A stretch of DNA of 64,000 nt, from the NCBI GenBank assembly GCA_013239625.1, contig MU057352.1, forward strand, positions 30,077,277 through 30,141,276. Direction: 5' to 3'. The notes beneath the pieces were generated by a model. It was not told the origin of the DNA, did not search any database, and saw only the letters and a program-made list of their open reading frames with translations. The stretch comes from Lama guanicoe (Eukaryota). The position numbers and the translations under genes were made by a program. Below, piece by piece: positions 50,487 through 63,118 of the stretch (positions are counted from its first letter, which is position 1; the number at the start of each line of letters is the position of its first letter).

Positions 50487-53339
50487 CTAGAGATGGAGTA
50501 ACAGACACCCCATTATTTTCCACTGACATTACAGAGAGGGCGGTCATCACCCCTAGCTGGCCCCATACGCTCCGGGCACCTGTCAGCCACAGCCCTTGGT
50601 CCTCAGGGCAGTGTTGCAGGCGTCTCAGGCTTTAGACCGGGGCGCTGGCCCTTCTCAGAGAGGGCTTCCACACTCGCCCACGGGCTCTTTCACCTCCTTC
50701 AGAAGAAACCACTTCTGGAGTCGCCCTGGCAGCGTTTACGCAGGCGGAACCCATTCATCCTGAATCTACACACTTACAATTCAAAACAGCGAGGAGCCCA
50801 AAATCCATGCGCCCCAGATCCACCCCCGATGCTGAGCTCCGCTCCCCTTGAGGGAAGCCCAGACCCCGGCCAGGCCCAGCGACGGCGCAGCTGGGGTGAA
50901 CCTGCCCGAGCTGACTGGCCAGCCCGCGGCGCCGCCTGGACTCGGAAGCACAGGCAGCCCCGCGGCCCAGGAGCCTGCAGGCAGGAGAGATGTTTCTCCT
51001 CGATTTCCTTCTCCCCCGGCGTGCCACAGTCAAGGCCAGTCTTGGGTGAAATGCTGTGAAACAGCTAGACTTTTACTGGAAAGCAAGCCTCTGGCGGGGA
51101 CACCCTGGCTCCAGTGGCCTGGATGAAGTTCTGCTCTCAGCCACGAGGTTCCTGATGAGCATGTTGTGGTCACGTGGCAGTGGGGGCTGCAGGACCAGAG
51201 GGGCCTGGTCTCTGACCCGACAGCATCAGGCCACTGTGCTTACCAGGTCCCTACAGGTCCCTGATGCGAAGAGGTGTGTGTTGGGGGTGGGCGGGGGCTG
51301 TAATTTCCAACCAGCTGTGTGTCTTGAGAAACACTAACTTCTAGAATGACACTTCCTTCCTAACATCACTATGCTACTTAGTAAGGCCTTTACATAAATT
51401 TCCATAAGGAAATGTGGTTTTCTGCTAAGTCAGTGGACACATGAATTAATGAGTGAGTGAATGAATGAGAGGGCGCTCATACACAGAAAGAGTTTTCCTG
51501 CAGCTATGCCGGACTCCACTGGCAGTGAAGGCTGCACCACACCACCACTTACCGCAGAGAAAGAAAAAGAAAAAAAGAAAGAAACTAAAAGCATTGTTTA
51601 GCATCAACCAATTAAGCACACGTTTTATCCTGCAGGAGAACGGGTGTGCAGAGGGAGTGCACACAGGAACTCCGGACGCCCTCCCAGTCTCCCATCAAGT
51701 CTGTGTTCACAAGAGCAATTTGTAAGACCTGCTCCAACAAGAGCTGTGCAAAGACTTGCTATACAAACTGTCACTTTAAATCTGTTGGGAAGATAGCACC
51801 ATTGCCGTGGCAATCGCTCCTGAGAAAGGCGCTGTGGGGCTGCGTTTGGGGGGGAAGCATTTTGAAGGCCAGCCAAATTGCCCCCTTAATTCGTACTCTG
51901 AACCCTGAGCCATAACCCCCACTGCAGGGCTGGGCGGCATCCCAGCTCTTGACAGGAGCCTCAGGGGTCGATGCGTCTGCTTGTCCTGCAAGCAGTCCTC
52001 TCCCTGAGTGGACCTGAGAACTGCTGTCAGAATGTGCCCATATTGGTCCTCAAAAGATATTCATCTTTAGTTGGCACGTTGTCAAAATTAGGTAACGAGA
52101 CGTCCTGCCAGGTCTCCTTTGAAGCTACGAAGTGTGACATAAAAGCATCCTAACTGCAGGCATGCACAGTTTTGAACTTTGTAGAGAAACGTTTGGAGCA
52201 CATCGCACTAGAAACGCACAAAAACGACACGTGTGCTGCAGTAACGAACTTCTCTGAACCAGCCCTTAGGGGTCAGCACAAACACAGAACATGCAGACGG
52301 AGAGACTAAAGAAATCCCGGAGGCAGCTCTAGTTTCACCCCAGCACTGCTGATCCATCACCTTCCTCCACGGAATCGTGCACAGGGCACTCGGCGGGAGC
52401 GGATTCCTTCCGAAGCCTATAGACTGGAACGTGGACGCTCACACGGTCTAAGTCCAGAGGATCTGCCGGCTCACAGATTCGAGGAAACACAACTCCACAA
52501 AGTCCATGAAGTCCAACACGGAAAAGAACAGCCAACTATGCAAACACTCTAAGTTATTTCCAGAAAACGACTGAATTTCAGCCAAACATTGGAAGGTGGT
52601 CTTGGTTCTCAGAAGACTGTGTGGTTCACCCCCGTACGACGCCTCAGGGCAGGGGACGTGTGGACAAAACACAGCATTTCAATCACTGGGGATCATCATA
52701 AAGATTTTTTTAAAACGTGAATGTTGGGTCTTAAAATACAAAGGACGGCTGTGCTGACAAGCGGCAGTGGGATGGTTCGCTGCGCCCGGACGGGAAAAAA
52801 GCAGGAGGGCCAAGTTCTTGGAATCTGGAGCCCAGAAGACGGGGTCTCCTAGTGGACGCTCTTTTGTGCAGAGTCCCCCCGGGCGTCCCTGAGAGAGCTG
52901 GGCTGCGTTGTCACCTGTGCCTGCTCGGCTCCATTTGAATTGCATCTTCTAAAGAATGACCACGTCTTGAAAAAGTAACACAGTGGGGAACTAGGGTCCA
53001 CGGATTTGCCAGTCAGCCCTTCACGGGTCAGTAAGGTGACCGGAGTCCGGCCTCGGGAGCAGAGGGTCACCCCCGGGCTGAGTCCAGGCCGTGTCTGTGC
53101 CCTTGCTGGGCTGAGTTTGTCATTCAGCCCCCACCCAGCAAACCCTGACCAGGGCCCTACCAAGTGCCGGGCTGTGGGCTGCAGGGAGCGGGGAGCACTG
53201 ATGCCCAAGACCCTGTCACGGCCTTTAAGTAGTTCTTGACCCGGGAGAGTGAGGGGCACTGCGTAGGGAGGGAGAGGGCTCCCCATGCAATCTCTGGTCC
53301 GGGCACTGGCTCCCCAGAGCCACAGTGACTGTGCCCAGT

Positions 53340-53400
53340 GCGTGCGTGCACACACACGCACACGCGCACATACACACACACACACGCACACGCACACACA
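53340..53400. repeat. Imperfect (CA)n/(CG) microsatellite
   Basis: cacacacgcacacgcgcacatacacacacacacacgcacacgcacacaca. Confidence 0.9.
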
Positions 53401-54210
53401 GTCCAGCCCTCTCCTCTGTGCTCACTGCACTCTGAGCCCAGACGAAACCTGAGGTGTGGAGCTGAGACCTTACGACTCAATGAGACCCCGCAGCCCATCA
53501 GGAAAGGCCTGAGGGAAGCAGTGGTTCCTGGAGGGAACTGGGGCACCAAGTGATCCGAACCCAGCGCTTGGGGTCCGTCCCCACACCCACAGGAGGTGCC
53601 CTGTCCACGCAGCATGTGGGGTGGCCTCCGCTTCGCTTCCCCCTCGGATCTGCCTTCCACATGTCTACACCTGCTGGGAGCCCTGGAGGCTGAACAGAGG
53701 TCAGCCGGACTTCCCTGCTGTCTGCAGAGCCAGGTGCTAGGGAACACTGGAAGGAGAGCAAAGCTCGGGGGGACAGAAGAGAGAAGAGGGGGCCTTAACG
53801 CACACGCACACACAGTCCAGCCCTCTCCTCTGTGCTCACTGCACTCTGAGCCCAGACGAAACCTGAGGTGTGGAGCTGAGACCTTACGACTCAATGAGAC
53901 CCCGCAGCCCATCAGGAAAGGCCTGAGGGAAGCAGTGGTTCCTGGAGGGAACTGGGGCACCAAGTGATCCGAACCCAGCGCTTGGGGTCCGTCCCCACAC
54001 CCACAGGAGGTGCCCTGTCCACGCAGCATGTGGGGTGGCCTCCGCTTCGCTTCCCCCTCGGATCTGCCTTCCACATGTCTACACCTGCTGGGAGCCCTGG
54101 AGGCTGAACAGAGGTCAGCCGGACTTCCCTGCTGTCTGCAGAGCCAGGTGCTAGGGAACACTGGAAGGAGAGCAAAGCTCGGGGGGACAGAAGAGAGAAG
54201 AGGGGGCCTT
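53384..54210. repeat. Tandem duplication: 413-bp copies 53384-53796 and 53798-54210 separated by one A
   Basis: Offset 414; repeated identical peptide in ORF 53157..54269; both ends checked by eye. Confidence 0.95.
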
Positions 54211-54569
54211 GTCCCCTTGCCGCTTCCCTCCCAGGATGCACCAGACAGTAACCATGTCCTCCCTCCCAAGACTGCCGCTCTCTCAGGGGCTCCCCTTCAG
54301 CTACATCCCCAGGCTCCAGGAACGCTTCCCTCACTCCTCTGCCCTAGGGTGGCGTGGCTCTCCCTTGCTGCCAATCCTAGGCTGTGTCACTGGGGACCCC
54401 CTAATCCCATCCTCAGCCTTTCAATCCGTCTCTTTGCAAGGATCCCGGCTGCCTCCTGCCAGACCCCAGCTGGTACAGATGCTACCCTCTGTCAGTCACC
54501 ATTCGCACATGATCCCAAATACACCATTTAGGGTGACAGACGTGATGGGGAAGGAGGCGGGGTCCCTAC

Positions 54570-54623
54570 CCGAGGGCCAGGCTGTCCAGGCAGACCGTCG
54601 TCCCCTCTCTCTCCTGGGGCTCC
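54570..54623 (-). CDS. COL22A1: COL22A1 exon, 54 nt, GAPGERGDDGLPGQPGPR
   Basis: cttccAG acceptor, GTAGGG donor. Confidence 0.94.
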
Positions 54624-55541
54624 CTGGAAGGAAAGCAAAGAAGAGTAAACAGGAGGGGCTGGGCTTGGAGACACACTTGGTCCCAGGGACAGGCTGGAAG
54701 GAAGACAGCCACTCATCCTTACGTGCTACTGACCTTCCTGAACCCTGTGTGACCACGGGGATCAAAACCAGCAGCTCAAACTGGTTCTGACTTCTGATCT
54801 CTCAAGACATAATGGAGCAGAAAGGGTGCCCTTCCCCTACCGAGGGAGTCAGAGCAAGGAAGACAGTGCCTATGTGTTCTTGAGGCACAAAACACTAGGT
54901 GAGCCCTTATCTTTTGTCTTGAAAGATAAGGGAGGAGGATGGAGAATATTTGCACAAAATGCCCACAAAATTAACTTAAGTCCATACTTGTTCTGGATCT
55001 GGTCATGAAAAAGTGTGCTTTTTGAAAAGGAAGATGCATTTTCTTACAACACCCACAAGCTGCCGCTCAAGGACCGCTGACTCAGGTGTGTCTGCTGTGA
55101 GAGTGTGACGCTCCCTTGTTAAGACACTGGTCATATGGCTTTTTAATTGTTCATCTGAAGTCGCTAACGGTTTCATGACAACTGACCTCTGACTCTCCTC
55201 TTAATGACCTCACTGTAATGAGCCCCACCAGAATATTTTTTTAAACTGAAGTGTCTAATGTTTGTAAGAGTATCTGAACGGTTTTCCTCTTTGCAAGTGA
55301 AAAAAATACATATTACTAACAAAATAATTCAAAAGCCCTAGGCCTCCAAATCCTTCCCGTTACCTAAGTAGAAATAAGGGCTCGCCCACATCTGAACTGA
55401 GAAATCCAAACATTTCCAAGCCCTGCGTGACCCGGACTCCAAACGCGATCCAAGGCCCAGGCCACCAACATGCTTCCGAATTCCCGAACAATCAAAAATC
55501 TCTTTGGCTTCCGTGTTTTGAGTGCCCAGACTCACACCAAC

Positions 55542-55595
55542 CTTGGGTCCCGGCAGGCCTGGGGGTCCGTCCAGCCCGTCCTTCCCTGGTGGTCC
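55542..55595 (-). CDS. COL22A1: COL22A1 exon, 54 nt, GPPGKDGLDGPPGLPGPK
   Basis: ggctcAG acceptor, GTTGGT donor (second GTGAGT 6 nt downstream). Confidence 0.92.
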
Positions 55596-57755
55596 CTGAG
55601 CCGTGGGGGAGAGAACAGACCAACACGGAAGGCACCGTTAGAGCAGCCGGGCACTGAGCTGTTTCCAGCCTGGAGCGAATGCTGCCGTCAGAAGCCGGGC
55701 GAGGGACGCACTGCGGTCGGCTGGACCTGGCGGTGATGGTTGCAGGTCTGCCTTCAGCCTCCACGGGGCCCCTGGGGAGGGCACCGCCCGCACGACCCCC
55801 GTGCTCTCCTCTCTCGGCCGCCATCTCCTCCCTTCCCACCGCTACGCCCCCCACCACTGCCCATCAACATGCAGGGGGTCAGTCTACGGGGCTGGCTCTG
55901 CTCAGTCTGCCTTTTATCTCTGATGACGACAGCGAGGAGCTGTGTCCTACTCTCTATACGAGGTACTGCCCCCTCCCAGGACGTGGTAAGGACAGGGGCT
56001 ACTGCAGGTAAGGAGGCAGCGGTTCTGAAGGGCTGAGTGACTTACTCCATGTCCCACACCCCGGAATGGGGACCCACGGGGTTGAAACCCATGCCTCCTG
56101 GCTCCACCTTCCGCTACCCCGGTGCCCCTTTCCCTTCTGTGCCCTAAATGACGCATCAGGTGCACACAGTCCCCCAAGACAGACTTAAGGGAAGCCAGGC
56201 CCCAGCCTGAGATGATATTTACATGTAATTGCTTTGACAGCCTAAGGGCCAGGCAAAAGTCACTTTTAAAAATAAACCTGATAATTCTTCTGCCAAGAGA
56301 TTCCCCTGCCACCCAAGACTCTTAATTCCTTGCGTCTCCAGCCTGGGCTGGTGGTCTACTGCGAGGACAGCCCCGCCGCCCCAGAGCAGGGGTCCTGGGA
56401 GTCAGGGCCCCTGGAGTCGGGGGACGGCCTTGTCTGGGGGGCCAAGGGCACTCGGGTCAGCGGAAGTATGACCTTGATGAAAAGCAGATACCAAACCCAA
56501 GAGCAGTGCTTCCAACCTTCAGCGGCCAGAGCCTCCCCTCATAGACCATAAACGGACGCCTTTGACTCTTTCCTCCTTCCTGCAACCCCTGCCCTCTCCT
56601 GAATGCTCACACTGACGCATATGCTTTCTGACGAAAATTAGATCAGACGAGATCATTCACGTGTCTGAGCTTAGACGGCACGCTCATTGTAGGAAAATGT
56701 TTGTGGGTGAAACTGCGTTGCCTGTGTGTTCAGGAACGCCTGTTGGTGACAGTTGACTGGATGTTCCAGATGTGGATCACACCTGAGAGTGCACATCACA
56801 GCACTGAGTTTACACTCGAGACCCTTCGTCGTGGTACCCAGAGCTCAGCAGAGCTGGGAGTGCCGGCATCCAGCTATCACTGTCCCTGCCTCCTGGGTGC
56901 CTCCATCTACAGCCCCCAGTGGTCCAGCGACAAGGGGACAGCTGTGCGCTTCACAGTCTGATTTTCCTCCATCACCCTTCCTCCAACGTCTGGATCTGTC
57001 ACCAGTGCTGCAGGCGTCACGGCCTTCCCCCCCCCCGCTGGCCCCACAAGAGAACTAGCGCTAAGGAAATCCCTTCCAGGCGAGCAGGGCTTCCCGAGGG
57101 CCATCGCCAGGTCTGTGACGGTCCCTCTTGGTCACAGGGTATCAGAGGCTCACGGGCCACCCCTACCAGCCTGCCCCGAAGAGCTACAGACAAAGTGGCA
57201 GGAGACACCCAGCCTGAATCTGCACCCGCTACGCGCACAGATAAAGGCGGACGAGCTCCACCCTCAGGACTTAGAGGAATGAGAGGGCCTGGATGCCGAG
57301 GATGGTTCCGGCTGGGAAAGCAGGAGCGCTATCAGGACGATGACAGGAGGAGCCCTGCCACGTCTGGACCACTTCTCACGTCTCCACCTCCATCACTGCT
57401 GCGACCCTCTGCAGGTGTCCCTGCAGACAAGAAGTCACATTCAAAGCAGCAAAGGACTTTCCAATTGGCCTTTGGGTGACAAGAGCACAAGTGGTGGCCT
57501 GGGAAGAGGGTGCTCCAGTCTGTACCCCGCTGGGGGCATGGAGGAGGCACCTCGGAGACAGAACATGTGGCAGACACCACAGAGCCGAGAAGCCAGGCTG
57601 AGAGCAGGGGCCTGGGTCCCCACTGACGATGACAGGGAGGCAAGGGCATGGAGTGCCCCCAGCTGGAAGGGCCCGGCCCCCCCCCCCCGCTGGGACACAG
57701 AGCGATGAAGAGGGGAGGATGCGGGGTTGCGGGGGGGAGGCCCCCGGTCACTCAC

Positions 57756-57809
57756 CGCCTGCCCGGGGTGCCCAGGTTTTCCCGGGAAGCCGATCTCTCC
57801 AGGTAAACC
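57756..57809 (-). CDS. COL22A1: COL22A1 exon, 54 nt, GLPGEIGFPGKPGHPGQA
   Basis: ttcccAG acceptor, GTGAGT donor. Confidence 0.94.
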
Positions 57810-58470
57810 CTGGGAAGGGAACCACATGAGAACGGTTAGTCTGCCCTCTTCTGAGTGTCAGAGCTTCTCTCCCAGCGCTCTTCCGGGCAGAAGCCCAGGC
57901 CTCTAGCTCTGACAGGGCCCCGAGGCAGTTACATGGGGGTGGGGGGAATCTGGCTGTCCTCAGTGTGAGCCACTGTGAAACGTGGAGTGGTCATACCACT
58001 CAGGCCGGCCAGCCCAGGGCTTGTCTGGTCTGCAGTTGGGGCCACTGTCACCGTCATTACTACCTGGTGGGGTGGGTGGAACCACCTCCCTCTGCCCACA
58101 GCTGGGTCTGCGCCCCCCCCCCCAGCTCAGCCTCCAGAGGAACTTTCCCAGGTGCTCCTGAAGTGGAGGAGGGGAGTGTGTGTCTCAGAGGCAAGCCACA
58201 CACTCCTGAAGCAGCCCCGCAGGGCAAGCCCAGCCCAAGCTGCTTCAGCGCATCTCTGGAAGCAGCCAGCCCACGTGCCACGTGAGCTCAGGGGATATTT
58301 CTGATCTAAGGGGCTCCAGGGGTGTCTGGGGGGCCCTCCTTCTTTGTGTCTTTGCTCTGGTCCTGGACAAAGAACCAACAGGTGGCTACACACAAAGATG
58401 TCCCCAGCTCCCAGGGCCATGAAATCTCCATCTAAGTGCCCTGGGAAGAGAAACTCAAAACCTATCTTAC

Positions 58471-58524
58471 CGGCGGGCCTCCGGGTCCAGGGGGGCCTGG
58501 GAGGCCAGGTGGTCCTGGGGGGCC
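58471..58524 (-). CDS. COL22A1: COL22A1 exon, 54 nt, [18 protein letters not shown]
   Basis: ctttacAG acceptor, GTAAGA donor. Confidence 0.94.
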
Positions 58525-58709
58525 CTGTAAAGAAAGAGCATGGCCTGGGTTACGGACGTGCGGGCAGCAGCCCCCTGGTGGTGCTGTGCTTGGAGGGAGG
58601 AGAGGGTCCAGGACACGGTGATGGGGTGGACCTGCAGCTTTATTTGAAATACCTTATTTTTTAAACAAAAAGGAACAAAAGCAAAAAGAAAAGATCTGAA
58701 GTAAAATTT

Positions 58710-58815
58710 GCAAAATGCCAACATGTGTACTGTCTGGGTGATGGGTATACATCTGTCTGTTACACTATCTACTCTGGTATCTATCTAGTGTATTTGAACA
58801 TTTAAAATAAACATG
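58710..58815 (+). mobile_element. Old L1M 3' end fragment
   Basis: tctgggtgatgggtatac...gtgtatttgaacatttaaaataaa. Confidence 0.55.
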
Positions 58816-59288
58816 TATTGCATGAATAAACACACACATCCATAGTGGGTTGACTCATTAACCAAAACCTTCTACAACAGTGGTTCCCAAGCACCGTTCA
58901 GCATCGAATCACCTGGGCTGAGTAACACAGATCTGTCCAAGTCTGTCCATCACCGCCCATGCAAGTTCTCGGAGACAGACCTCCGGCCTTTGTTCATGTG
59001 TCTCTCCAGCTGTGCCTCCCTCCCCTGCCCCTCCTCGGATGGACAACTCCACCTTTCTGGAATTCCTGCAATTTCCCAGGCACAATTAAGCACTCCCTCT
59101 GCCAGGCTCGAGGCCAGCGTGACTGAGCTCGTCTGACCCACATGCCCCCGAAGGCCCTCTTGTTCCCGCTGCATCTTGTCCTGCACAGCGACAAGCCCCG
59201 GTCTTGACAAAGAGCAGGTGCTCTATAAAGATCTGAAGAAGTCAACGGGGCTGAACACGGCTGAGCGTCCAGAGTGAACAACGCCGCG

Positions 59289-59307
59289 TCGCCACTAGAG
59301 GGCAATA
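59289..59307 (+). promoter_or_regulatory. CTCF core motif
   Basis: tcGCCACTAGAGGGCAata matches the CCASYAGRKGGC consensus; occupancy unknown. Confidence 0.65.
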
Positions 59308-62300
59308 AATACTAAACAATGGCCAAGGCTGCCGCTCCCCTGCTCTGTTCCCCTTTCTCCCTCTGGGGGCACTCGTGGTCAACAAAGGGCGGAGAAAGGC
59401 CGCATCTACAAAACTTTCTGGTGGCATCTGGACCTAGTTTTCTGTGTAGCTCTCTCAGTGCCGGCGAGTCCTTGGGGGTAGCACCTACATTTACTGGGAG
59501 AATGAGGCACAGATCGGGGCGGGGGGGAACACTGGACGAATGGGCCTCCCCTGACTCCATTTCCAGTTCTTCCTGCTGGAAACCAACCCACCTCAGCAAC
59601 CTGGTCTCCAAACTCTGCACAGTGCACGCCATGCTTTCAGAGCCTCTTCCCGGACTGAAGGGTGAATTCTGGCCTCACCTGGGGCTCCGCTGATCTCCCC
59701 CACCCCACAAGCTCCCTGAGCGCGGGGACCACCACTGTCTGCACCTGCTGAATCCAGCAGTCAGCCCGGGCCCGGGCACGCAGGGTGCCCTCAGGATTTA
59801 TCTGCTGAATCATAAAGTGCTGCTTCGAAGAAGAGTCCCTTCCTTCCTTAGGGAACGAAGGTCGGGGTGTGTGTGCTGGTCCTCACAGGGGCTCTGACTC
59901 GGGGCAGTCTCCTGTCTCTCTTTTTTAGCATTTGAATTAAAACCGATAAATTAGAAGGTTATTTTAAACTAAAACTATCTGACTACTGATAGCTTTACTA
60001 GCAGTAATAATGATGATGTGAAGAGATGCAGAGTAGGGCTTTGGTTTCAGATGTCCTGGGCCGAACGCGAGGCCGCCTCGAGCTACCAAGATGGAACTGG
60101 GTAACAGACTCCACCTCCGAGCATCTCTCAGTCCCCGCAACGTCACAAAAAGGCTGCAGGCCCCTCTGGTATCGATGAAGCAGGGAGTAATGACGGTGTG
60201 AAACCAGCTCAGCACAGGGGGGCGTTCCACTTTCTCTTCTTTTTATCATCAGTAAAAATACCTAACTAACCAATTCATCTAACAATTAAAGAGAGACAAA
60301 TTAGCCAACACATCTAAATGTTAACAACAAAATAACTTATGATTATTACTAATAAAACAACTAAGTAATGATTCTATTAATTAGCCAATTCATCTAATTA
60401 TTATTCATAGAACATTTGATCCTTCTTAATATGGTGGTGACTAAACAGCTCTTTAATGTGCTCGGTAATTACCATGATGATGTGTAAATAACCCATTAAC
60501 CTAATTATCATTATTAATAAAGGAATGGCAAATATCTACTTCTAATGACCACCGAGTTCCAACTGGAACAGATTTATGAAGTCGGAGGGAATTTGAAGAT
60601 GCGTGAAGATTACTTGCATAAATTAGCATGGCAGTCACATTCCCTGTGCCACATGGAAACGTTTGCTTTTTTGGGAAGTTGTTTTTAATTGTGAGTCCTG
60701 TTGGGGTGTGGCTCCAGGGCCGCAGCCATAATGGCAGTCCGCCTCAGGGGGGTCTCTGTGTTGGGGCCCAGAACCACGAACCCACTCCGTCCCCTGGGGC
60801 TGGTCCCTCCCCTGGCTGTGTCCTCACCAAATCAAGGGACTTGGGGCCACCCTGCCTGCACCACCGAGCACTGTTGCAGCACAGACACTTGACCAGACCA
60901 GACAGATTTCCATTTTCCCTAACAGGCTGCCAAGATACAGGAGCCACCACCTCGTGTGTGTATATTGATGCCACAACATTCCAGCAGGTGAAAATGTGCA
61001 TCTTGAAAAAGAGGCACCGGAAGCATCTTATAGACTGCCAGCCGTCCTTTAGATTCCGGTTGGGATAAGCATTCCTTTCTCACAGGTGGTTATAAAGAAC
61101 AGACGCAATCATGTATGAACACTGAGAAGAGCAGAAACTAAACACACGTATCGAGTCCCCTTCAAAACTACGTAACTTCGTTTCTGCTGCAACAGAGTCA
61201 ACCTTGATTCTCCAGATCTGCGTAGGGACCCTCCTCTGGGCCCTGGGAGAGGCGGACAAGCTCTCTCCCAGAACCAGAGCTCTGACTACCTCTGTCCCAG
61301 CACTTAGCTTGGACGATGGTCAGTTTCTTTCTGCATCTTTCTGCTCTGTTCCATCTGGCTCCTCTGCACATGGACAGTGGCTGCTAGGACTTCCCATCCC
61401 CAGAGTGGAATCTGCACACAGTGGGTACTTAGTAAATACCTGTGGTCAAGGAACAAGTGAACCAATGTGGATGGCAAGCAGGAGAAACCGTGGCCAGGCC
61501 CAGGGAAGGTGGTGCGCAGGTGTGTCAGGAAGAGTGGCCCAGAGAGATGAGCAGCGATCCATGTGCAAACACTGCTCTCAGCCTGGGCCCGGCTAGCTTG
61601 GATGCAGCTCTGCATCCACTGGCGGTCTTCCAACGCAGGGTGCAGGGGGTGTGCATTATTCACTGCACACTGTCTGGTTCTGAACCACTGAGATCCCTGA
61701 ATATATCAGGGTGCCCTATTTCTGGTAAGATCCCTGCTGTGAGAAAGCTGGCTGTGTTTCTATCTGCAGTGTCCAGCTCGACGCCTGGCATTCAGTAAAG
61801 ATTTGCTGAAGGGAAATGGCTTCTAAACGAAAAATGAAAGAAAAATATATATTTTCCAAGGGAGCAAACAAAGAGCTATAGGTGGAAAAAACATCTGTTA
61901 CTTCAAGCAATTTGATGGGGGCTGCATTTAGAGTGAGTTTTTGAGATCCACAAGCTTTGCTCACCGGAAAGCAGGCCATAAAACAAATGCAAACACACTC
62001 TAATTTTCACTATTAACATCAAAATGCCACAGTGCACGTGGAAACTTTAGTAGAAGACCGATAACGGCTTATTCTGTGCTATGGCCTGACGGGAACACGA
62101 AGGGCTGAAATGAAATCTGAGACGAGAGTTGGGTGGGGCGCCCATCACTCAGGGACCACTTCATCAGCCAGCGCAGAAAAGGCTGGTCTGGGGAGTTCAG
62201 TTAGCAGTGTCCTCCGGGCGAGTGCCTCCCTGACGCCGCAGGAGGACAGCATGGCTACCACCACGGGGGCGCTGGTGTTGGGTGGAGGTGTCCAGGAACA

Positions 62301-63039
62301 GGTGGTGCCGAAGCTCAGCCTCTCCTGCAGCGCAGGGAGGGGCCAGTGGCTGAGCCCTAAGGAGCCCACCCACCTGCCTGCTGTGGCCACAACCAGGAGA
62401 GCAGGACGGCCTCGCCGCCTGGTGCTCACTGCGCCTTGGGGCCCCGTCACTGGGTCACATCCCCAACTTCTCTCTGACCTACAGTAGCGCACAGTAGCGC
62501 CCTCCCCTTTTATTTTTCTTGGTATTTGTTGCAAATGATGAAACTAAAGTTCAGAAGGTTAAGTAATCTGTCCCAGAAGCTCAGCCAGAAAGCGATGAGG
62601 GCTGAGACTCAGCGGGTCTCTGCCTAGAAACTGGGCTCCCTCCCTACCCTGGGACTGTCTCCTGGAATTCACTGAGCCTCATCAAAGGCAGGCTGGGGAG
62701 GGAGGGGTGGGGAACTCCGTCCACACCAGGGTGGGGGCGCACAGGGACGCAGCATTTACAAGTAAGGGGACTGAGAGGGGCCAGGGCCAAGGTCGCCTGG
62801 GGATGGAGGGAAGTGTCTGCTTAGCAGCTGGTGGTGGTGGCCCTGAGCAAGTCTCTCTGCATCTGGGGGTCTCACCCCCTCATCTGTGCAATGGGGACAG
62901 GGACCTGAGTCTGCCCATCTGGCGGGCTGGCTGTGGGGTCCACAGGGGACCACAGTGACAACCCACGTGGAACCATGTGGGAGGAGGAGCTGGACAAATT
63001 GCGAGGCCAGAGGAATTTCACTAGAGCTGAGCCTGAAAG

Positions 63040-63118
63040 GTGGGTGAGGATGGGAGGAGGAGGGGGAAGGGGAGGAGTGGTGGAGGGGGGAGTGGGAGGG
63101 GGTGGAGGAGGGAGGGCA
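63040..63118 (+). repeat. G/A-rich low-complexity tract with G-quadruplex potential
   Basis: Multiple runs of three or more G separated by short loops. Confidence 0.6.

Noticed and set aside
53157-54269. 370-aa ORF with an internal 138-aa repeat
   Set aside because: Produced by the 414-bp (divisible by 3) tandem duplication of intronic sequence; no protein family resemblance.
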